The translations under genes and the position numbers were made by a program. The notes beneath the pieces were generated by a model. The model ran no database searches. It saw only the letters and a program-made list of their open reading frames with translations, and was not told where the DNA came from. Below are positions 1 to 8,164 of a stretch of DNA of 44,828 bases, one piece after another (within the stretch, counting starts at the first letter, position 1; each line of letters begins with the position of its first letter). Origin of the DNA: Candidatus Azambacteria bacterium (lineage in GTDB: Bacteria; Patescibacteriota; Minisyncoccia; UBA10092); contig JAUSKX010000006.1 of NCBI GenBank assembly GCA_030646675.1, positions 1 to 44,828 on the forward strand, given 5' to 3'.

Positions 1-10
1 TCTTTTCGTA

Positions 11-90
11 CCAGGTAGTGAAACTTTGACAACACAATTGTTAAAAACAATTGTGTTAATGCTGAAAGCGGTCAAAGTTCTACTACCTGG
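11..90. repeat. Inverted-repeat element, copy 1 (20-bp arms)
   Basis: Arms ccaggtagtgaaactttgac (11-30) and gtcaaagttctactacctgg (71-90); related to copies at 2874 and 31664. Confidence 0.8.
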
Positions 91-1045
91 AGTATTTTGC
101 CACGAGTTTTAGAGCGGAGTCAATTGAACCTTTGTGACGGAAACCCGCGGCGTAACGATGTCCGCCGCCGCCGATTTTTTCGGCCAATTCCGCGACATTG
201 AATTTTTTGTCGGGACGGCTTCTCAATCTTCCTCTGATTTTTCCTTGGCTTTCTTCAATCAGAAAAAGAGAAAATCGCCCGTCTTTTAAATCTTTTAGCT
301 GGCTGACAATGTCGGTTAAATCGCTTGTAGCCAAATGATGTTTGGATAAATCTTTTCTTTTAAGCCACGAGTAAATAAAATCGCTTTTATGATTGTGTTT
401 CAGGCGGCTTAATATCGCGCCATAAACTTTAAGAGCTTCAGTTTTTACTTGCCCGTTTAATTTATTGTCAATTTCAACCGGTTTGATTCCGAATTGTTTT
501 ACAAGAGAAAGAACCGTTTCAAGCGGCTTGGGATTATTGGTGTATCTGAAAAAACCCGTATCGGCCAAAATTCCAACAGTTAAAGCATAGGCGATTTGCC
601 GGTCAATTTTAAAGCTTATGGCGTTAAAATAATCGTATAATACTTCGCATGCGGATGAATATTTTGGATTTACTATGCCGAAATTGGCGCCCTGGTTGGT
701 TGATAGATGATGGTCAAAAACCAACAAAGGAATTTCCGGATATTTTTTAAAATAGTTATCCATCCCCAGCAAAATTTTTGTTCCATAATCAAGCCCTGTC
801 ATTAAATCAAATTTATGCTTGGGATGTTTTGATTTTATTGATTTTGCTCCGGGAATGAATTTTAACGATTCGGGGATAACGGAAGTGCACAAAAGATAAT
901 GCGGTTTTTTTATTTTTTTAAGATAAAAACCAAAAGCCGCAAGCGAACCGACGGCATCGGGGTCTGGCCCCTGATGGGTGATTGCCAAAATATTTTTGGC
1001 CTTCAGTATTATCTTTTCTATTTCTTTAAAACTGCTATTTTTCAT
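83..1045 (-). CDS. nrnA: DHH/DHHA1 phosphoesterase (bifunctional oligoribonuclease/pAp phosphatase, NrnA-like)
   Basis: HQGPDPDAVGS, DHH, DTG and GGGGHRYAAG motifs; lies downstream of rbfA. Confidence 0.85.
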   Translation of the reverse strand: MKNSSFKEIEKIILKAKNILAITHQGPDPDAVGSLAAFGFYLKKIKKPHYLLCTSVIPESLKFIPGAKSIKSKHPKHKFDLMTGLDYGTKILLGMDNYFKKYPEIPLLVFDHHLSTNQGANFGIVNPKYSSACEVLYDYFNAISFKIDRQIAYALTVGILADTGFFRYTNNPKPLETVLSLVKQFGIKPVEIDNKLNGQVKTEALKVYGAILSRLKHNHKSDFIYSWLKRKDLSKHHLATSDLTDIVSQLKDLKDGRFSLFLIEESQGKIRGRLRSRPDKKFNVAELAEKIGGGGHRYAAGFRHKGSIDSALKLVAKYSR

Positions 1046-1391
1046 CTTTTATTTCTTCTCTTACTTCGTTCAATAATTTTTCCACTTCGCCGGCCTCTTC
1101 CGGATTCGTGTCGCGCTTGAAAATAATTTTCGGAACCGGACGGACTTTTAATTTTTTATTCAATAGCTGCTGGATTTGGTAAATCGTACGTTTTAGTTTG
1201 TCCATAATAGCGGTTGTTTCGCTAGTCGGGAATACGCTTATGAAAACAATAGCGGAAAATAAATTGGCGTGGGTTAAAACGCGCGTAACGGTAACCAAGA
1301 CTCCGGGTTTAACGTCCAGAAATTCAAATACAATTTTGCCCAGTTCTTTTTTGAGAAGTTCATTAAATTTTTCGGCGCGTTCCTGACCCAT
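1035..1391 (-). CDS. rbfA: Ribosome-binding factor A
   Basis: Size and motifs (VTVTRV, RPVPKIIFKRD); follows infB. Confidence 0.9.
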   Translation of the reverse strand: MGQERAEKFNELLKKELGKIVFEFLDVKPGVLVTVTRVLTHANLFSAIVFISVFPTSETTAIMDKLKRTIYQIQQLLNKKLKVRPVPKIIFKRDTNPEEAGEVEKLLNEVREEIKDEK

Positions 1392-2872
1392 TATATTTTT
1401 TTGAAAAACACGATAGTGTCGCCGGCTAATATTTTGGGGTCGCCGAAATCAATACCTATCCCCGTTTCGTGGCCGGCCTCAACTTTACCGATGTCTTTTT
1501 TGTCCGATTGCAAACTGGTGACTTTTCCTTTGCCGATTGCCGCGTCGTTTCTAAAAACTTCCAATTTCACGCCTTTCAGTATTTCTCCGGAAATAACTTT
1601 ACCGCCGACAATTTGTTTGTTTTTTTCCTGTCTGAAATTCGCCAAGACGCTAAGCCGTCCGATTTCTTCAATTTCAATTTTGGGCTTGAGTTTTTTTTCA
1701 ACGACGATTTTAGTCTGGTCCAAAATATCGTAAATAATATTTCCGGAAATCAAATTCTCTTTTTGTTTTTCGGTAACGATTATGTTCGGTTCGTTCTTTA
1801 CATTGAAGGAGAGAATAATGGCGCTGCCCATATCCGCCAATCTCAAATCGCTGTCGTTGATATTGCCGGCTTCGGCTTTCAACACTTTGACCCGGCCGTT
1901 CTCGAAAGAGATTTTTTCCAAACTTTCTTTAAGGGCTTCAACCGAACTTTGAACATCGGCTTTTATTATAATATTGACGGTGGCGATGGCGTCGCCAGGC
2001 GCGGCTTCAAATAATTTTTCAATAAACCCGCCTATTTTGGCGGCGGTTTTTAATGCCGGTGAAAAGGGGATTTCGGAAGTGGTAAATTTATCTCCGACAA
2101 GCGGCAATGTGGAAAAACCGATAACCAAAACTGGAGAAGAAAATGTGGCGCTTTCAATCGGTTTGCCCAAAAAATCCTCAAGCATTTTTATTTTACCGGT
2201 CGCTTCTCCGCTTAAAACATAATCGCCGGTTTTTAACGAGCCGTCCAAAATAAGAAGCGAGGCGACAATGCCGCGGCGAGGGTCCATATTGGTTTCTATA
2301 ACAATTCCTTCTCCCGGTTTTTGAGTGTCGGCTTTAAAATCATTTATTTCGGCCATGAGTTCAATCAAATCAAGAAGCTGCTCTATATTTGTTCCTTCTT
2401 TTGCCGAAATTTCAACCGATGGTATTTTACCGCCCCATGATTCGACCAGCGCGTCATTTTCGGTAAGTTCTTTTTTAACTTTTTCGGGATTGGCATCTGG
2501 CTTGTCCATTTTACTTATGGCGACTATGAAGGGCAGATTAGCCTCTTTAATATGGTTAAGCGCTTCAATGGTTTGCGGCTTTACGCCGTCGTCGGCGGCC
2601 ACGACCAAAATGGCGATGTCCGCGGCTTTAACGCCCCGGCCGCGCAATTTTGAAAACGCTTCATGGCCCGGCGTGTCCAAAAAAGTTATTTTTCGGTTTT
2701 TATAAACGATTTCATAAGCGCCGATATGCTGGGTGATGCCGCCGGCTTCGTGCTCGGCGACGGTTGTTTTCCTTATATAATCAAGAAGCTTTGTTTTGCC
2801 ATGGTCAACGTGCCCCATTATTACGACAACGGGCGGGCGATTAATTAAAGTTTTGTTTTTTTCATCTGGCAT
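1391..2872 (-). CDS. infB: Translation initiation factor IF-2 (short form lacking the N-terminal domain)
   Basis: RPPVVVIMGHVDHGKT, GGITQHIGAY, DTPGHEAF. Confidence 0.97.
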   Translation of the reverse strand: MPDEKNKTLINRPPVVVIMGHVDHGKTKLLDYIRKTTVAEHEAGGITQHIGAYEIVYKNRKITFLDTPGHEAFSKLRGRGVKAADIAILVVAADDGVKPQTIEALNHIKEANLPFIVAISKMDKPDANPEKVKKELTENDALVESWGGKIPSVEISAKEGTNIEQLLDLIELMAEINDFKADTQKPGEGIVIETNMDPRRGIVASLLILDGSLKTGDYVLSGEATGKIKMLEDFLGKPIESATFSSPVLVIGFSTLPLVGDKFTTSEIPFSPALKTAAKIGGFIEKLFEAAPGDAIATVNIIIKADVQSSVEALKESLEKISFENGRVKVLKAEAGNINDSDLRLADMGSAIILSFNVKNEPNIIVTEKQKENLISGNIIYDILDQTKIVVEKKLKPKIEIEEIGRLSVLANFRQEKNKQIVGGKVISGEILKGVKLEVFRNDAAIGKGKVTSLQSDKKDIGKVEAGHETGIGIDFGDPKILAGDTIVFFKKI

Positions 2873-2873
2873 A

Positions 2874-2940
2874 CCAGGAAGTAGAAATTCGACAATAATA
2901 ATTATTATTGCCAGGCAAATGTCGAATTTTCACTTCCTGG
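2874..2940. repeat. Inverted-repeat element, copy 2
   Basis: Arms ccaggaagtagaaattcgac (2874-2893) and gtcgaattttcacttcctgg (2921-2940). Confidence 0.8.
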
Positions 2941-2963
2941 CATAACCCGAAAATTGTACAACA

Positions 2964-2990
2964 AAAACCGCCTTTCTGCAAGGCGGTTTT
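2964..2990 (-). terminator. Intrinsic terminator after tRNA-Ser(UGA)
   Basis: aaaaccgcctt-tctgc-aaggcggtttt hairpin. Confidence 0.65.
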
Positions 2991-3006
2991 GAACCCGCGA
3001 ACAAAG

Positions 3007-3093
3007 CGGAGAGGGCGAGATTCGAACTCGCGAAGAGCTTGCGCCCTTAACAGTTTTCAAGACTGTCCCTTTCAACCACTCAGGCACCTCTCC
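3007..3093 (-). tRNA. tRNA-Ser(UGA)
   Basis: GGAGAGG acceptor, anticodon loop CTTGAAA, long variable arm, TTCGAAT; no encoded CCA. Confidence 0.95.
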
Positions 3094-3117
3094 GCTTTGT
3101 TAACAGTTTTCCAAAAA

Positions 3118-3378
3118 TTATTTATCGTATACAGCATGGTCGCCGATCGCAAGCAGCACAACTTCATTTTTTGAAAGATAAGAAAATACAATTCGTGTTT
3201 TATAATTTACATAAAAACTATACCGCCCGGCTAATCGCCCGTGCAGCCGATGCGCTTTGAGTTGCTCATGATTTCTCTTGTCTTTAAAAAGCTCTATTTT
3301 TTCAGTAGCTTCTTGCTGTAATCCGAGGTCAAGCCGTTTAAATTGTCGAATGAAAATCGGTTTGAAAGATACTTTCAC
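3118..3378 (-). CDS. RelE/ParE-superfamily toxin (mRNA interferase-like)
   Basis: 86 aa, basic; LKAHRLHGRLAG, RIVF and IGDHAVY motifs; downstream of an RHH gene. Confidence 0.8.
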   Translation of the reverse strand: MKVSFKPIFIRQFKRLDLGLQQEATEKIELFKDKRNHEQLKAHRLHGRLAGRYSFYVNYKTRIVFSYLSKNEVVLLAIGDHAVYDK

Positions 3379-3387
3379 GGTAATGAG

Positions 3388-3594
3388 TTATTTTATTTTT
3401 TTAAGCAAGTCCTTTAAATTACCGCGAAGAACTGGCTCTTGTTCGGCCTTGAGAACCGCCATTACAGCTTCTTCTTCAGCGAGAAGTTCAAGAGCGTGCC
3501 GGACAACCTCGGCCTTATTAGAACCGCGTTCTTTAGCTAATTTTTTTACCAGCTCTTCCAAATGAGAGGGAAGAGGCACAGATAGAGTAGTCAT
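3388..3594 (-). CDS. Ribbon-helix-helix (CopG-like) antitoxin
   Basis: MTTLSVPLP...NKAEVVRHAL RHH pattern; paired with the toxin. Confidence 0.8.
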   Translation of the reverse strand: MTTLSVPLPSHLEELVKKLAKERGSNKAEVVRHALELLAEEEAVMAVLKAEQEPVLRGNLKDLLKKIK

Positions 3595-3652
3595 ATATGT
3601 ATTATATTATAATATGATATTATAGTATATTTTTTCCGTTTCTTTGTCAATG

Positions 3653-3739
3653 CGGAGGAGGTGGGATTCGGACCCACGGACCCCTTTCGGAGTCAGCTTC
3701 TTAGCAGGAAGCTGCACTAGGCCGCTATGCGACTCCTCC
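3653..3739 (-). tRNA. tRNA-Ser(GCU)
   Basis: GGAGGAG acceptor, CTGCTAA loop, long variable arm, T-loop TCCGAAT. Confidence 0.93.
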
Positions 3740-3845
3740 AAAACTGCGATTATTCTACACTAGCTATTGAATTATGAAAAGAATTTGACAAAGTTGATAA
3801 ATTGGCATATACTATAAATATAGTAAAAAAAGGTGTTTTGGTATA

Positions 3846-3892
3846 GATTTTTGACAATTTAATACAAATTTTGCCTGAAAGGAGGGCGAAGA
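3846..3892 (+). promoter_or_regulatory. boxA-like + SD leader (copy 1)
   Basis: gatttttgacaattta, 10 nt, then tgcctgaaaggagggcgaaga; the 21-mer is identical at 12723-12743. Confidence 0.6.
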
Positions 3893-3894
3893 AG

Positions 3895-4533
3895 ATGAAA
3901 AAAATAACAATAATGATGTTGTTAGCAATTAGCTTTTGGCTAATCGCGACGGTCGCCCTCGCTGACCCTATGGTGTTTATCGTCGGGGGCTATGAATCAG
4001 AAACGAGTTATCTGGAAGATGTTCATGCGGCGTTTCCCGGGTCAAAAATCATTACTCCTCGGAAGTATGTGCCGATTAAATCGGCGGCAGTCGTCCTTCT
4101 GGAAGAAATGAAAAAAGAAGAGTGGGAAGTTAGCCAGGATGTGGTTTTTATAGCCTATTCCTGGAGCGGGTTGCTGGTTAGGCAGCTCGTAAAAGACAAC
4201 CCGGAGATAAAAGCCAGGATAATTCTTGTGGGGACTCCTTGCAGGAGCTACTGGTTCCTGCCGGAATTCCTCTTCCGCATTGAGGACGAAAGGAAAGATG
4301 TTCCTATTTTCGTTATCGCGGGGACGAAAAGCTCGGAGAAATGGTTTCTCCGAGACGGAGAGCCCAATGACGGGGTAGTGGAGGTGTCGTCAGCCTTGTC
4401 TGTTAAAGCTTCGGCCGTGGCGATTTTTCCGCTGGAACACTCGGACCTCCTCCACTCGGAGGAGACGATAGAACAAATGAAAACCTGGGCAACAATGCCG
4501 TTGCCCACGGTAATCGCAGTTTTATCACGATAA
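3895..4533 (+). CDS. Secreted alpha/beta-hydrolase-fold protein (lipase/esterase-like)
   Basis: Signal peptide, AYSWSG nucleophile-elbow-like motif, VGTP, NDGVV, C-terminal His; SD-supported ATG at 3895. Confidence 0.65.
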   Translation: MKKITIMMLLAISFWLIATVALADPMVFIVGGYESETSYLEDVHAAFPGSKIITPRKYVPIKSAAVVLLEEMKKEEWEVSQDVVFIAYSWSGLLVRQLVKDNPEIKARIILVGTPCRSYWFLPEFLFRIEDERKDVPIFVIAGTKSSEKWFLRDGEPNDGVVEVSSALSVKASAVAIFPLEHSDLLHSEETIEQMKTWATMPLPTVIAVLSR

Positions 4534-4551
4534 TATCATCGTGATAATATA

Positions 4552-4588
4552 TGTCCAGCCGGTGTGAAACCGGTTGGGCATTTTTTTA
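4552..4588 (+). terminator. Intrinsic terminator
   Basis: ccagccggt-gtgaa-accggttgg hairpin followed by a T tract. Confidence 0.7.
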
Positions 4589-4668
4589 TGCAGTTATCCA
4601 CATCGCCCAAAATTTACAATTGCGTTTGTGTTATAATGAAAGCGTTGAATTTTTTAATAAAATAATTT

Positions 4669-6525
4669 ATGAACTTTTTTAAAAATAAGTTTCTTATCGG
4701 TGTTTTTGTTTTATTTATAACTATCTATTTTCTATCGGCTCCGATAGCGCGAGCCGAAGACGCTTTGTCTTTCTTAACCGGCGGGGCGTCTGATCTTATT
4801 AACGCTACGATTGATGTTTTGTCGGGAAGCATATCAGTATTTCCGATGCTTTTTGCGATAGGCGACCCAACTGCTTTTATAATTTGCTCCACAAGCACCG
4901 TGTTTTGTCCTAATGGGTCAGGCGGGTTAGCGCTAGCACCGGTAGCTACCGGGTCATCAGCAAGTGGCGCTTGTGTTTATGGAATCCCCACAACCTTCTA
5001 TGATTGGCAAATGAATACCGCGTATGGATATGCGGATTTTAATTATTATAACGGGACATACGACAGTGAAGGCACCGCTCTCTCTGTAAGCGCCGGGTCC
5101 AGTCCGCACTATAGCAATAGCGCCTGCACTAATGTCATGCCAAACCCGTATTCCCCGGCTAGCCCTATTACATACGCCCAAGTGCCAGGCGTGGGATGCG
5201 TGGCTATTTATCCGCAAGGTTATCCGCAATCTTTTCCGTATACGTATGATTCAAACCAGCAGGTGAAAATTTATCGCTACACCTTGCCGGCCCCCAGTGA
5301 CCAAGCTACATTGAACACCTGGTTTCTAAGCACTATAAGGGCGAATGGAGGTACCGGTTGGGAAACGTCAAGCGGCGACATTCCGACTTTTCTTAGTGAC
5401 CCATCCGATGCGGGGTTAGATTATTATCTTAATTCTCCTGAACCGACACCGCTAGCCACAGTGCCTTTCAGTACTTTATGCTCGGGAAATGTTTGCAAGT
5501 TTACTGACGCCACAGCGCCGGAGAATTCATATGTGGCATATACGGCTAAGGTTTCCGGGAATTACTCATTTGCTTTCAATAAGTATTATCCTTGCGGGTC
5601 TGAAGATTACAACTGCTACGATACCGTGTTTTTTACAAAAGAAAATAAATTCTTAAACACGGATAACGCGCCTAATACTGCTACATTTCCATATTCCACA
5701 TTAGGCAATGCTATTACCGGGCCGTATCAGACCGGCGCTTGTCCGCCTGCTACTGAATCACCTGCCTCTGATGTTCCGGCGACTCCTGCGACTCCTGCGA
5801 CTCCTGCGGTCCCTATTAACGGCGGATGGTCTGATTGGAGCGCATGGGGTGGATGTTCAGCTTCGTGCAATCAAACAAGAACCAGAATCTGCGCGAATCC
5901 GGCTCCGGCTAATGGAGGCGCAGATTGCTCCGGTTCCAGTACGGAGACTCGAACTTGCTCCGGCGGAGCCTGTATCCCAGCCCCCGGCAATTTTAATGTA
6001 TTTCCAGGCGGCCCTGCCTTGCCTAACTCAGTTTTCTTATCTTGGACCGCTTCCGACAATGCCACAGCCTACAGAATCTTAAGAGGTTCTCCGAGAGTAG
6101 ATATTACTCCATATCAATCATATCCGGCCCTGAATTATTCCGACACCACGGTGGACCAAAATACCAGTTACGTATATCAAATTGAAGCGTATAACAGCGC
6201 CGGAACCCAACGTTCCAATCTTATAAACATAACAACTCCGTTCCGCTCACCGACAATCAGCCTTTCCGCTTATCCAACTTCCACCTATCAGAATCAAATA
6301 GTTACTCTGACATGGACGACAACTGATGCTACTTATTGCTCCGCCTCGGATGCTTGGAGCGGGTCTAAACCGGTAAACGGAAGCGGAATTGTTCATCCAG
6401 CGTCTATACCAACAACATCTTATACCCTGTCTTGTTCCGGACCGGGCGGGACAACCGTTCAATCGGTGGCGGTTAATGTTACTCTTTTAGCTTTGCCCGA
6501 TTGGAGAGAAATAATTCCGAGGTAG
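4669..6525 (+). CDS. Secreted Cys-rich surface protein with a thrombospondin type-1 repeat and an FN3-like domain
   Basis: Signal peptide, PAT linker, NGGWSDWSAWGGCSASC..RTRIC.NPAP.NGGADC.G (TSP1), LSW..YRI..Y.YQIEAYN (FN3). Confidence 0.75.
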   Translation: MNFFKNKFLIGVFVLFITIYFLSAPIARAEDALSFLTGGASDLINATIDVLSGSISVFPMLFAIGDPTAFIICSTSTVFCPNGSGGLALAPVATGSSASGACVYGIPTTFYDWQMNTAYGYADFNYYNGTYDSEGTALSVSAGSSPHYSNSACTNVMPNPYSPASPITYAQVPGVGCVAIYPQGYPQSFPYTYDSNQQVKIYRYTLPAPSDQATLNTWFLSTIRANGGTGWETSSGDIPTFLSDPSDAGLDYYLNSPEPTPLATVPFSTLCSGNVCKFTDATAPENSYVAYTAKVSGNYSFAFNKYYPCGSEDYNCYDTVFFTKENKFLNTDNAPNTATFPYSTLGNAITGPYQTGACPPATESPASDVPATPATPATPAVPINGGWSDWSAWGGCSASCNQTRTRICANPAPANGGADCSGSSTETRTCSGGACIPAPGNFNVFPGGPALPNSVFLSWTASDNATAYRILRGSPRVDITPYQSYPALNYSDTTVDQNTSYVYQIEAYNSAGTQRSNLINITTPFRSPTISLSAYPTSTYQNQIVTLTWTTTDATYCSASDAWSGSKPVNGSGIVHPASIPTTSYTLSCSGPGGTTVQSVAVNVTLLALPDWREIIPR

Positions 6526-6527
6526 TC

Positions 6528-7166
6528 ATGAGTTTGCCTGTCACAATCCATGGACATAATAAGACGCATAAATATTTGCTTTTGTGGGAGCAATATTTTC
6601 AAAACAACCAATCATTATTTCAGCTGGTTGTTATTGAGATGAAAAAACTAATTGGAATAGCGAATTTTACGATTTCCAAAATTCCAATTTATCTTGTTCC
6701 CGATGCCAATAGCAAAGATAAAGAAATTAGCGCCAGTTTTTCTTGGACGCCAAAAAAAAGTTTTATCAATATTGAAATTCCGCTGGGTCTTGAAGTGCCC
6801 AATGGATTTTTTCCGATAAGTATTTTAGCGCATGAGTTTTTTCATTTGATGTTGAGAAAAAACAAGAGTTTATTTTTAGAAATAGAAAAAATTACTCAAG
6901 AAAATGAGAAATTATTTGTTAGGTTATCAAAGGGCATGCCGAGTAGAATGTTTTTGGAAGAATTGCTGGTTAGTTCATTTATTCCGGAAGGATATCTTAG
7001 CGAAAAATACTTGAATACAAAGTCTCCTGTTGCTATTTCGAATCCCAAAGATTTGTTATCGTGGCGAAAACTAGTTGCGTTTAAATCGCGTGAAATGGCA
7101 AAAAATTATATCGACAATATTCAACAAATCGATAAAAAGTATTTGGAACATATAGTAGATATATGA
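6528..7166 (+). CDS. HEXXH-motif protein (putative metallopeptidase)
   Basis: ILAHEFFH with downstream EE; its stop overlaps the peptide start (ATGA). Confidence 0.65.
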   Translation: MSLPVTIHGHNKTHKYLLLWEQYFQNNQSLFQLVVIEMKKLIGIANFTISKIPIYLVPDANSKDKEISASFSWTPKKSFINIEIPLGLEVPNGFFPISILAHEFFHLMLRKNKSLFLEIEKITQENEKLFVRLSKGMPSRMFLEELLVSSFIPEGYLSEKYLNTKSPVAISNPKDLLSWRKLVAFKSREMAKNYIDNIQQIDKKYLEHIVDI

Positions 7167-7306
7167 ATAAATCGGAGATTCTCATTATCCCCGATGCGGG
7201 AACACGCGCGAAGATCGCAGAAAAGATAGACCTAGATGACGCTGTTAGCGCACCGCCCTGCGACTGCACAGCGTGCGGTTCCTGCAGATGTACGCCATGC
7301 AAGTAG
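7163..7306 (+). CDS. Putative RiPP precursor, 47 aa, six-Cys C-terminus
   Basis: Manual translation MNKSEILIIPDAGTRAKIAEKIDLDDAVSAPPCDCTACGSCRCTPCK*; ATGA-coupled to the upstream gene; near an rSAM/SPASM gene. Confidence 0.8.
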   Translation: MNKSEILIIPDAGTRAKIAEKIDLDDAVSAPPCDCTACGSCRCTPCK

Positions 7307-7426
7307 CATGGCAACTCTGAGACCCGAGCATGTCTCTAATAAACTGCTTTTTCTTTTTTAAAATTTCTTAAATATCTTGTCGTCAAGCCGAAAATTTGAT
7401 AATATTTATTTGTAAACATCGAAAAT

Positions 7427-8131
7427 ATGAAGAATCTTCGCTTCTATTTCAATAAAAAACTTGATGCGTTAATGGTTGAGGAATTTCTTAAGGTAAGTGG
7501 AGGAGGAATAGACTTTGGTCAAAATATTTTTAAAATACATCCGCAGTTGAAATCGGTTAAATTATTAAACTTCCAACAGAGAAAAAAAACAATCAATGCT
7601 TACTTTAATAATTACTACCGAACCCATAAGGCAGTAATGCGATGCAGAATTAAGAACATACGAGACGCTTGGCCCAAGCACGAACGTGAATTTGTTGCCA
7701 TAACCGAGGATTTTTTCGGTAGTTTTCGGTTTCCCAGAGGAAAATATATTGCCTACGCTTCTATTCTTAATTGTAACCCGCGATTTTTGGACTTAAAAAC
7801 ATTCCAGTTTTTTTATGAAAAACCACTAGCCGATGCTATTTATACCATTGCTCACGAGCTTCTTCATTTTATTTTTTATGATTTTATTGAAAAGAAATTA
7901 AAAAAAGAGGTAAAACATTTATCAGAAGATCAATTATGGGACCTTTCAGAGATATTCAACGTTGTCGTTCTTGGGTCTCCGCGATACTGCCGTATTATCA
8001 ATCAAAAATTTGTGATTCCTTATCCCGATCATCGACGCTATATTAGTCAGTTTGAAAAAGCATATAAGAATTCCAAAAATGCCAAAGAATTTATTAGACG
8101 TGGCATAACTATCATAAGTGCAAAAAAATAG
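7427..8131 (+). CDS. HEXXH-motif protein (putative metallopeptidase)
   Basis: TIAHELLHF...WDLSE. Confidence 0.7.
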   Translation: MKNLRFYFNKKLDALMVEEFLKVSGGGIDFGQNIFKIHPQLKSVKLLNFQQRKKTINAYFNNYYRTHKAVMRCRIKNIRDAWPKHEREFVAITEDFFGSFRFPRGKYIAYASILNCNPRFLDLKTFQFFYEKPLADAIYTIAHELLHFIFYDFIEKKLKKEVKHLSEDQLWDLSEIFNVVVLGSPRYCRIINQKFVIPYPDHRRYISQFEKAYKNSKNAKEFIRRGITIISAKK

Positions 8132-8156
8132 CGGGAGAAGATTATTCTCCTCCCGC
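8131..8156. terminator. Hairpin between convergent genes
   Basis: gcgggagaag...ctcctcccgc. Confidence 0.55.
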
Positions 8157-8164
8157 ATGGTTCG

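Noticed and set aside
1391..2872. Short IF2 as a truncation or pseudogene
   Set aside because: The G domain and C-terminal domains are intact; loss of the N-terminal domain is expected in reduced genomes.
4594..4602. DnaA box TTATCCACA as a sign of oriC
   Set aside because: Single box; no cluster of boxes and no dnaA nearby.
7081..7314. 77-aa minus-strand ORF
   Set aside because: Antisense shadow of the Cys-rich peptide, which has translational coupling and a patterned core.
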